DNA of 64,000 nt, from NCBI GenBank assembly GCA_044892525.1, contig CM097886.1, positions 162,986,312-163,050,311 on the forward strand. Direction: 5' to 3'. Below are positions 9,961 to 21,142 of this stretch, in pieces. This DNA comes from Schmidtea polychroa (Eukaryota). Position 1 is the stretch's first letter. Each line of letters starts with the position of its first letter. The notes beneath the pieces are model-generated. The model searched no databases, was not told the DNA's origin, and was given only the letters and a program-made list of their open reading frames with translations. A program made the position numbers and the translations under genes.

Positions 9961-11600
9961 GGTATTCCAACAGAAAACCCGAATCCAGAAGAGTACGAAG
10001 CGATTGAAGATCCAAGGTCAAGCAGACTATGGATGCAAGAATTACTCAGAATACAAACCCTAGACGATTGGGTAAACGAATTTGACATATACCGGCTAAC
10101 GGATGAAAGATATGGGGGGATGCGCACATTGCATTCAGGTCCCCTGGCAACAATGGTATAAGAAAGTGATGAGTCGATGTAAATAGTGTGTATATAAACG
10201 TGAGGGTAAAAGTAGTTTAGTAGATTAGTAATATGTTCAAAAAAAAAAAGGTACAAAAAAAAATGGGTAGGATAACTACGTATTATGAATGAATCAGAGA
10301 AACGAGGATCAAGTATATCAAACGAGGATACCACATGTTGTTGAATTGGGAAATCAACCACTAGTAAACATTAATCAGACATAAATAGTAGAAATTGATA
10401 CAAGTACAACGATAAACCAACCAAGTTAGTCAGCAGGATCAATGTGAAGAACACAATGTGAATTAATGACAAATGACAAATCATACCCAAGAATATCGGT
10501 TACGTAATTAGAATGCGTTAATGGAGAGCATCAATAGAAACTCGATATATATAACAAGAATAAAAGAGCAATAACAAATAATCGCACAATTAAAATACAA
10601 TAACAAACAGTTGATAAGCCAAATAAAATGGGAGGCAGGAGAAATCGGGAGATTACACGAAAACCATCAGCATGATGATATAACGAGTTAAGTTGAATGG
10701 ATAACCGGCCTACCAGGAACTGGGGAACCGGACTCAACGAGAGAGGCATAAAAGAAGGGAAAAGTAGCCCTGTAAACAAACAAAATTATAGCCAAAGTAG
10801 AAAATCCGAAATTAAACGCTATCATGGCAGAATGCCGAGGGAAAGTGGAGAGAAGTGGAGGAACAAAACTATTAATTATGAGCTGATAAGAAAATATTAG
10901 GTCAAGTCAGATGAATTCGAGGAGAGACTATTGTGTGTGGACAAAGTGTGTAGAAGATTATTAATAGGACACGTCAAACCCTATGAGGATGTAGATTATG
11001 CCATGGAGGTACTACACGAATTGTAACGAGAAAAGCAGAAATTAAAGAGAGAACCACAGCAAGAATCAGCCACATCCCAGATGACAATAATAATAAAAAT
11101 CTTAGAAGAAATAAAGCAGCGAATAATGATGACTGTCAACGAATGTCCGAGCAACTATGAAACAAAGACGCTCGAAGAAATAAAGGAAAGGGTAAATAAC
11201 GCAGTCAAAGAAAAGACAATTACTCAAGATGAAATAATAAAAACATTGAGAGAGATATAGATGGAAATAATAACAACTATTGACAAAATCCCGATGAACC
11301 ATGAGACAATGACCAAAACTTTAGAAGGAATAAAGAGGAGAATATCAACTACCTTCAACGAAGACTTCGCATACTAAAATGTCCTAATAAAGATGTTCAC
11401 GGAAATCTGGAAAGGAGTAATGACGACAGTAAACAATACCCTACACACTGAATCAAATAACCTCGAAGAGGAACTCAACTCGACTGATACAATCCAACTA
11501 ATGAAAACAGTGAGCACGTTGCGAGAGATATAGAAAGAAGTGACAATCAAAACAAGGTCAGCAGAAAAAAAAAAATTGAATGTAAAGAAAACCCAGAATC
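9961..11600 (+). pseudogene. Degenerate continuation of the retroelement polyprotein
   Basis: The same A-rich codon-like composition continues after the TAG at 9958-9960, with many stops. Helical repeats TLEEIKERV / TLREI / TLEGIKRRI near 11100-11550. No RT, RNase H or integrase motifs seen. Confidence 0.55.
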
Positions 11601-13949
11601 CATAACAGTACTGATCCTGTCAGCAGCGAATCTCATGATAAATAACAATACTGAGCTTGATAGCCCTTAAACCCACTCAAATCCATGAAAGCACCAAAAT
11701 CTCTCAAGTTGAAAGAACAATTCCGAAGCATTCGCATTCTAATAGACGAACCAATACCCAGAGACCAAATCTATCAAATCTATCAAATCTATCTTCTACA
11801 ACCTTCAAAACTAGAACCGTCATCGAGACGAGATCCCGAACAACCGAGTGTTTAAATCCTGATATAAACCGACAATGATCTTGATATAATATGACAACGA
11901 TATTGAGTTGATTGACAATGTTCTTATTATGTGTTGACAATGATCCTGATTCGATTGACAATGATCTGAAAATGATCTAGATGTGATTTAATAATGATCC
12001 TGACATGATACAACAATGATATGATTTGATTATTATTGTGATTTGATGCCAATATTATATATTACTATGATATTATTTGAGCATAACAATTTAATTAAAT
12101 TTTGTGTGGACCGACCTTGGTCTTCTTTCTCTTCATCTGTAAACCAATCTGTAGCATGTAGCTTATCAGTAGAAACTTTTTATGTATGTGGGTATTGAGG
12201 TCACGACCCTGTAGCTCGTGGACCCAATTACATGTAGGCACTTGTAATACAGTGCAACCAATTCTGTCTAATTATATCTTGAACATTGATTAAATTGCGG
12301 GTCGCAATTTTATGGGCCCCCGAGTGTTTTATGTTGGGCTAGAACTGATTTCTAGACCCAAAGTTAGGAATGGGACGAAATGTGTCAGTACACAACACGC
12401 ATACCCAGCATTAAGTTTACTTAAATAAAAATATATAAAACACCAAGTAAACAATGATAATAGAGAGATAATATACCCAAAAATAAAACATCTGAATTAA
12501 AAATAAAATAAAACACGAGCAAGAAGTATTACATGAAAACTTACTCAAATATAACCAAAAGACATAAAACAACAAAAAACAAATTCGAATAAAGGCAATT
12601 AGTAAAAATTAAAAAAGAAAATTAAAGAAAATCTTCATAAAATCTTACGTAAAGAAAATTATATCGATATTTTGAATAAAAATCCAGAACAATTCATAAA
12701 AATGGCGAAATCCATCATGACGGCCAAACGACCCAATAAAATTTATAAAAAATAAATATTTTAGTTTAAAAAATAAATATTTTAGAAAAGAAATCATAAA
12801 AAACAATTTAAAAATAAGAAATAGATTAAATTTAGCATGGAATGTTCTGGAAATGCTGAAATCCATCATGGAGGCAAATTTAATAAAAAATAATTCGAAA
12901 ATAAAATTTCAAAAATAAAAACAAAAATTCTTACTGAAAAATCGCCATTAAAATCGATAAAAATTAAAAATCGAATGTTCGAGAATTAAAATAATTCGAA
13001 TTTGTTTTACTGCATCAATGCACGCATGTATACTTACACGTCAAACAGAGGCTATATAAACTAACACATTTCGTCACTTTTTAAGCAAGCAAAATATGCT
13101 AATGTTTACTCTTATGCCAAATTTTTGATTTTGATTTTTCTGAGATTGTAGGTAAGGACGATTTCATTGTGAATTATAAATTATTATTATTGAAACCTTG
13201 TTTTCATTATTTCTTTTTAACTATAGAAATGTAGGTTTGAGTGAGATCGTCGGTTATCATTGATTTTGGAGCGAGATCCCAGTCAACCCTGCACCTATGC
13301 ACTTTATCATCGATGATTAAACAGCCCACAATGATTGCAGGTCACTGCCTGGCACGCACTTATCAATATTATTTGTTTTTTTTTGTTCAGGTCATTCGGA
13401 GGTCGCACCACTTCATGGTTCTGCCATGGAGTTAAGTCGATGAAATCCTCCGTCTGACTCTACCTATTTATTATAGGTCAGCCGTAAAGGGTTGACTTAC
13501 CACACAACAGTAAGGTTTGTCGTAGTGGTCACAGTGGGGCCGCGAAAGCAAACACTCCTCCCGACTTTCAATGCATGAATAATTTACATAGTTAAAATCT
13601 ACATCCAAAAGCATCACAATACAATACACTAAGGTTAATAAACAGAGTAGATCTCAGACCTAAATCAATCACAACTCTACAATTCACAATTAATGTAGAC
13701 GGTTAAATATCATCAAGAACCCACTCTACCTATACGTTTGTCGAATCTAGATTCATGAATGTCTTAAATAAATTTTTTTAGTAATAGTGTAAAGCAAAGA
13801 TTTTTAAAGATGATTAATTTAGTAGTGATAGTATTCATAAAGGTGTTCGACATGCGTATCAGCAAGACTTGGATTTTAAATTGAATAGACTCTAAACTAA
13901 CTATAAAAATACCAATCGTAAACCCATAAAAGTATAAACTATCCTCTCA

Positions 13950-14800
13950 ATTTCATAAAAATATGAATTATACTTATAGATTCAATTTCTTCAAAATATA
14001 AATTATGATTAGTTATAAAAGTATAAATTATAAATTTAATTTCCTAAGAATATAAATTACAAATCTATATTGACGGTAAAATTATAAATTATAACTCTAA
14101 GTTAATTACAAAAGTATAAATTATAAAATTATATTAGCCTTAGAACATAAACTATAAATTTAACTTAACCTCATAAAAATATAAATTATAAACTTAAAAG
14201 TATAAATTATAAAGTTATATTAGCTTTAAAAATATAAATTATAACCTTAACTTCATAAAAATATAAATTATAAAATTATATTGGCTTTAAAATATAAACC
14301 ATAAATTTAACTTCATAAAAATATAAATTATAAACTTAAAAATATAAATTATAAAATTATATTAGCTTTAGAAATATAAACTATGAATTGAACTTCACCA
14401 AATATAAATTATAAACTTAAAAATATAAATTATAAAATTATATTAGCTTTAAAATATAAACCATAAAATTAGCTTCATAAAAATATAAATTATAAACTTA
14501 AAAATATAAATTATAAAATTATATTAGCTTTAGAAATATAAACTATGAATTGAACTTCACCAAATATAAATTATAAACTTAAAAATATAAATTATAAAAT
14601 TATATTAGCTTTAAAATATAAACCATAAAATTAGCTTCATAAAAATATAAATTATAAACTTAAAAATATAAATTATAAAATTATATTAGCTTTAGAAATA
14701 TAAACTATAAATTGAACTTCACCAAATATAAATTATAAACTTAAAAGTATAAATTATAAAATTATATTAGCTTTAAAATATAAACTATAAATTTAACTTA
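13950..14800. repeat. AT-rich minisatellite inside the LTR (AAATATAAATTATAAA-based units, about 160-bp higher-order period)
   Basis: Many copies of AAAATATAAATTATAAA; the block GAAATATAAACTAT...TTCACCAAATATAA recurs near 14370, 14535 and 14695. Confidence 0.85.
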
Positions 14801-15140
14801 ACTTAGATTGCCTTTAACATCATAGTTGAAAATTTTTCATCAAAGACCCCCCATAAACCATATAGTCATCAACTACCACCTAAATATACTAAATTAGCTT
14901 ATCTTAATATATATTTAACTTATATTATATTTTAAAATATAAATTGAAAATTTTCATAAATGACCCCCCTTCAAATTATGTAGCCATTAACTATTCCTTA
15001 GGTATACTGAATTGTATCATCTTCGTATAGAGTCAAATTATATTTCAAACCAAAAAAAAAAAAAATAATAATTCCATAAATTTTCGTAAATGATCCCCCC
15101 CCCCCCATATGTAGTAATCTTATAAAAATATAAATTTACA

Positions 15141-15275
15141 TTTATTATTATTATTATCGTTATTATTATTATTATTGTTATTATTATTATTATTATTATT
15201 ATTAGCATTGTTACCAGTAACATTATCACTCTTACTATTATTATTACTATTATCATTATTATTATTATATTATTA
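15141..15275. repeat. (ATT)n-rich microsatellite inside the LTR
   Basis: Direct reading; an expanded equivalent lies at about 35790-36360 in the solo LTR. Confidence 0.9.
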
Positions 15276-15789
15276 AAATAATTATCTTTATTTCATAAAA
15301 ATAAAATTATAAAACAAATTATTGATTTTGGGATTCCCCTATCTTTAAATTTAGTTTCAATGGCCCTATCTTCCAATAAAATTACGGAAAATCACTAAAA
15401 TCTATTTTTAGTAACACCCCCCCCCTGAAAACGACATCAATATTATTAATTTAAATTATATCCATATATGTATATATGTGTGGGTGTATATGTATGTGTA
15501 TATATAAGTGGATGTGTGCATGTACATACCGATTTATAAAGCAACCTTATAAAAATACGATAACCTTCCCCTCAAGACCCCTGTTATGTGATGGTCACAA
15601 CCCCCTTAAGGTGATGGAGCGAGGTTAGAGTAGTTTACTGAAGTAATTTAGTAGAATCATTTATTGATTTATTAGAATTATTGGATTTATTTTTAACTAA
15701 ATCAAAAGAGACTAAATTTATTTTTAACTAGATCAAAAAAAAAAGAAAAACAAAGACTAAGTTTATTGATTTCGATCATCAACTTTATT

Positions 15790-16250
15790 CATATAATTGT
15801 TTCTTTGAATCATAGTTATACCAAGGTCCTTCGAGCACGGTTGATGGACCATCCCAATGAAATACATTTCCTGGAGTTGGAAGACTTCTGGGTAATTCCT
15901 TATTTTCTGCTTCGTTCCTTTTGGTTCAATGACTTACATATTGATTTGACGTAATATTGTTGGATGGCCAACTATATTCCTTGCATCTCTTTTTGAGTAG
16001 TCATTGTCAGATAATTCCGCCAGGAAGATTAGTTGGTGGAACTGACCTTGGGGCAATCAAACCTTCGTACCTCACTGAATTATTATCAACTCGATTGCTA
16101 AGGAAATTAATGAAGTTAATTAATTAAATTAAGGAAGTTAATTACAATTTTCTCATTGGTGTTGTCAAACGATCTTTGCTCATTCGAGATGTCATAATAC
16201 ATTATTGATCAATAGTAATTGTTCGGAGATTCGGCCAAATGCTGATATCC
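15790..16250 (-). pseudogene. Putative spliced antisense gene remnant within the LTR U3
   Basis: Minus-strand segments DISIWPNLRTITIDQ*CIMTSRMSKDRLTTPMRK, NRVDNNSVRYEGLIAPRSVPPTN and SLPTPGNVFHWDGPSTVLEGPWYNYDSKKQLYE* are separated by GT...AG blocks of about 50 bp. The first segment resembles a minus-strand segment at about 36850-36990. Confidence 0.45.
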
Positions 16251-17227
16251 CTGAAATATTATGAAATTTTAGGATATAAATGCTTAAAATTTTAATTTAT
16301 TTACATTATTATATCAAAGTTAACTAAAATCATATATTTATTCAAAATTTGTTATTTAACATTAATTATAATTACTATAATAAAACAACGAAAATTTAAA
16401 TAATGTTAAATAACTTTAACAAAACAAAAAGTAATAATGAAATCAAAATTCCATTACTTTATTTAAATTATTAGTTACCAACTTGTTCTAGTATTTTAAC
16501 ATAATGAATTCAAGTATATTACGGAGTTAGTTTGGTCATTTGAGGAATATTATAAATTGAAAATTTAAGTAGATTAGAATTATTTACTCTTCATAAGAAC
16601 TTTTATGATTGTAATGAATCTAAACTTCATATATTAATATTACCCATAATTTACAAGTGATATTTGGATTATGTTAAAATAGGTTGTAAGTTAACTTAAC
16701 TAAATTGAAATTTTCTTTTGATCAGGTTATCGTGGGGAATGCATGTTATCTTTATCATTTCTATTGTTTCAGTTTATTAAGTTTTTTTTTTTTCTAATTA
16801 AATTCATTAGTCTCAAAAATTTCTTGAGGTTTGTTTAATAAACTATGGTTAGGTTTCACTTAATTTATATTCAAACATTTTAGATGTGGTGTTGTATGAA
16901 CAGGCTTTAATAGAGTAATGTATGATTCCTGATGACTTATGATCGTTTGAGGATAGAAAGTTTGTATAGGCATAGTTGAGGAAGTGATTATAATAAGGGA
17001 CCTGCGTAAATCGGACATACATCTTCTAACGATAGTCCGTGAACCCATTAGAGTGCTCGACAATTACAGTGCAAGTAGTGCGCTCACTTTTTGCGAGTAC
17101 TCACCCTCTTGATACAGTACCAACGTTGATCGTTCAACGGGTATCAAGCGGTAAACAATGTTGTATTCTGGGTTACGCTGGAAACAGCACTAAAGAACAA
17201 AATATTTGATCATCAGTAACCCACCAT

Positions 17228-17640
17228 GTATTTCAAGCCAAAAATAGCTCGCAAATTTCTATTGCAGTTGGAATGATAACATAATCTCCAATCGTGTGAC
17301 GCATCTTTGATTTTGCAATTATCTGGACAATCAAGTACGATAATTTAACACTTTTTTCGCTGAGGGTAAAATTAGTTTTTAACACTGCTCTCTGTTCAGT
17401 ATATCCACTGGCTTTGCGTTCAAAATATTCTTTTGATTTGTTTTACTGATCCGGATGTCTTGTAGTAAGATGACGACTCATTTTCGTCGGTTTCATAACT
17501 TCATTTGAGAGGACTTGCAAACAAACCACACACACTGCCAGAATTTCGTCATTTTTCGATAGTACGAAACAATATTTTATATATTTCACATCATATTTTC
17601 GAGTACATTGGGTTTTCTTACAGACATCAATTGAAATGTT
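17228..17640 (-). pseudogene. hAT (ZBED5/Buster-type) transposase N-terminal fragment, truncated at the LTR insertion
   Basis: Minus translation RKYDVKYIKYCFV...CVVCLQVLSNEVMKPTKMSRHLTTRHP...EYFERK...IAKSKMRHTIGDYVIIPTAIEIC. Confidence 0.8.
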
Positions 17641-18648
17641 ATCTTGATCATCACCGCTTTTCTATGCCATTAATATCAGTTTCGTGGCGCGAAGTCAATT
17701 GTTTAAACTTCAGAAAACGATCCATTTTACGGGTTAAATTCTTCTATAATTCTAACGACTCTAACTTTACTCAAAACAATAAAAATATCTCCGAAAAGGT
17801 GCGTAAACTACCGGTGAAATGTAAACTATTATCCTTTTATAGTTTATATACTGCTATGAAATAAACATAAAAAACAGTGCTTAAAATGCAACATGCGATT
17901 GCTGAAGTCATTGCGGGTAATATTTGCACAGCTGGTACACTGACTCACTTTTTAAACTGTGCTACTAGAATAGACCGAGTGTTAATAAACTAGCAATCTA
18001 CAATTCTGCAGTGTGCAGCCGTATAGTCCGCTACTTTAAATTCGTGGTAAACGACGAATTATTTTTTATTTTCTTCTACTTTTTGTACTTTTTCTAGACT
18101 TCATCGTGGCCTACCAGATCCTCTGCCAAGGTCCACCTTTAGGCTGCGGCCCATGAACTGATAACGACTGTTCTATGAACCTAGAAAAAACATCGAGATA
18201 TTAGCAGTCTTGACACACGACAATAGTAAAGAGAAGCGAATAGGTACGAGCCCGGAAGTTTTCTTACAATCGAAACCCACCACTATATTATTGGAATAAA
18301 TACTGTAACTTTAAATATTTTAACTTATTGTTTTCTAACAACCCACTTACAATTTTATCATTACTGAGATTTCCATGTTCAATTTCCAAGCAACTTCGAT
18401 TGTAAAATAAAACTAAAATTTCAAAAAATAATTACAACTTTGATTTCTGTAAAACATGCTATTTAATTTGCCTGTCACATATATTTAATCTTTATTCAAA
18501 TTCATTTTACAATAAATTAGTCGTGATAAAATAATTGTTTTGTTTTTTAAGTTTGAGTTATGTTAAATTAACTTTTTGACATTTTAATTTCAAACTAAAC
18601 AAAGTTTAAATTAATTTTTAAAATACACTATTTTTTTATTTAGATTAA

Positions 18649-21100
18649 ATGATTAAATGTAAATTGCTATCTGGATGTTGCAGAATTTTTAATAACAAAA
18701 GGCTTATATACAGAAAAGTGATTTCTATTGAATCGTCAAAAAATTCTTATATTGTCATACCAGAAATACCTGGAAAATCTAATGTGACCATAGAAAATAA
18801 TTCGTATGATTTATTCTAAATATCAAATCTTATTATTAAGTATAGTTCAAAATTATGTGAAATGTTTATCAATTTTTCGAGATCGATACACGATTTTGAA
18901 ACTGAATTAAGTACCTTAGTTGATAAATTAAGTGAAAGTAACACTAATTTAAATTTTGAAAATTCCATTCTCAAAATGGAAGATATTATTCGCGATACTG
19001 ATTTAAAATTTAGAGTTTTAAAATCTAATTATTATAAGAATGGTTATATTGATATTATTTGTATAATAATAGTCATTTTTCAGATCACCCTATTTCTAAA
19101 TCTATATTCGGTAAGTTATTAAACAAAATGTTAATTGCAAATTTACAAATCAATTCTAATCCCAAAATTTATCAGTTATGCGTAAAATTATTAAAATTGA
19201 ATTTAAACGAACACCAAACAAATTATTTAAATAATATACTTTCCAATGGCAAAATTTATGGAATTGAATTGTCAAGTAATCAACGCTATTTGTTACAAAA
19301 CTCAGTCGACCAGGTATTTGAAAATCAAATTAGTTTTATGAAATCCATAAACCATTCTGTTGAAAATGCAGTGCATTATATCAATAGGAATGATCTGTGT
19401 GAATCCACACCATCCTGGGTATTTTCAAAGTTAAAATGTCCTAAATCTGAAGACTTACTACTGATTGATATTAAAAATAAAGAACATGTTAAGCTATTTT
19501 TAAAGTATTGCAAAGATCATAAGGTAATCATTTGTGGTATTTCTAGTTTAATTTATATCTCTTAAGGTTAGAAATCAAATCTGGTTACTCTTACGACAGG
19601 TTGGAGGTAAAGCACTATTTGATTTTAAGCAATCGAATTACACGAATATTGAAAATATTCGAACCAGTCGTCGAAATATAGCGAAAATACTTGGACAGAA
19701 AAATTATTGCGATGTATTATTTAATTTTAATAAAAGAATGGCAAAATCCTTAGATGAAGTTATGAATGTCCTACAAACAAGTAAAGACTCAATTATGCCA
19801 GATGCAGAATATGAATATAAACACATTTTGGAATATGCCGTAAATGAAAAAGGATTGAAAGGTTCTTAAAGCCGTATTTTACTATTTTTATTAAATTTTC
19901 CAAAGGTCAAATGTTAATGTGCGATTATAATTATGTTTATAATGATTTTACACATCACATTAAAAAATGCCCTTGGACTAAAGTTCGGCGTGGAAATTCC
20001 TTATTAAACTTCCAAACGATTATTGCGAGAATATTTTTCATTATTGGAAAAATTTTTAATATTTCATTTAAAGATTTATCTGAAAACAAAAATGAAATGT
20101 CATTTTCCGTGTCTAAATCAAATAATGAGCAAATACTTGGAAAAATCAATTTCCGACAAAAGGAAAGCAGGTTTACATATTTGAAATACTTTATTTTAAT
20201 TAATTAAAGCAGTTTAGTAATCAAATATTTAATATGGTAAATATTTCTGAACCTCAGTCAATTCGTACTTTTGTTATATTAGTTAATTTATTTAACGAAA
20301 AAATCAATTTCTTTGTAAAAATAATTTCAATTTTGTAATATTGTGTTATTTTTGATAATTTAGGATTGCCTAAAATTGTTAATTACCATCGGGAATGCTT
20401 TAGAATTGATACATAATAATATTGATTTTGAAATCGCAACGCTATATTCTCGCCCTCCCCAAGATGCTCAATTTATTGTTCCATATTTTTTACTACATTT
20501 ATTCGTTTCATCTAAACATATTTTTGCCTATCTATTTTCGGAATTAAGCAAGAAAGAATTGGAAGGTTCTTTAATTTAATTGATTGGATTTAAATTAGAT
20601 TATATTTAGATTTAAATGCCTCTTACATTTCTCCAAGTCATATATTTTTAAATAATGTTGAATTGTTGGAAATTTTGATGCATGCGAATTTTGACTTGGA
20701 GATGTGGATTTCTAAAAGTCCCTGGCGAAAAATTCAAAGTGAAATGTGGTCTTCTTTTTTTACGTCGAACTCGAAATTGAGTTTTCCTTATGAAAAATCA
20801 GATGAATGGCCTTGTTCTGCAAATAACATTTTTGCTGATCATATATGGGGAGGGGCATCTATATACTCATATTTTTGGGTTGAGCATATTCTTAAACTAA
20901 TAATGGTTAATTTTACAACTGCTGGGTTACATGAATGGAATCCTGCGGAATCCATAAATCCTGAAGTATTATTTTAATTTAAAAGCTAAATTAAATATTT
21001 ATAATTTTAGCTCGCTGTGCAATTTATCAAATTTAAAGAACTTTTTATTGAAGATCAATTGACTAACAAATCCAAAACTTTAAATCATTTTCTTAATTAA
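18649..21100 (+). CDS. Oligopeptidase A / peptidase M3A family homologue, multi-exon, probably catalytically inactive
   Basis: Exon translations match M3A landmarks: NIENIRTSRRNIAKILGQKNY...KRMAKSLDEVMNVL, LITIGNAL in place of FHEFGHAL, PQDAQF for DAVE, CSANNIFADHIWGGASIYSYFWVEHI for the HIF...YYSYxW motif, and final exon KFKELFI with stop at 21098-21100. Not all exon boundaries resolved. Confidence 0.75.
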
Positions 21101-21142
21101 ATGTTTTTATAATAAATTGTTACATTTGTTTTAATATTCAAT

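Larger units (their letters stand above)
12332..17226 (+). mobile_element. 3' LTR (about 4.9 kb) of the giant LTR retroelement
   Basis: Starts TGTTGGGCTAGAAC and ends GTAACCCACCA. The same termini bound the TSD-flanked solo LTR at 33937-39025, and its last 1179 bp match 1-1179. Confidence 0.88.

Noticed and set aside
5331-10361. Long minus-strand ORFs opposite gag/ORF2 (e.g. 9255-10361, 368 aa)
   Set aside because: Expected shadow ORFs of a strongly A-rich coding strand; low-complexity F/L/S/I composition and no motifs.
1-17226. DIRS/Ngaro (tyrosine recombinase) interpretation, given the inverted LTR pieces in the window
   Set aside because: Direct LTRs with TG...CA ends, a tRNA PBS and a 4-bp TSD on the solo LTR fit an integrase-type element; the inverted piece is an independent older insertion.
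19570-19870. TBC/Rab-GAP domain suggested by QIWLLL
   Set aside because: Neighbouring exons match multiple M3A peptidase landmarks much better.
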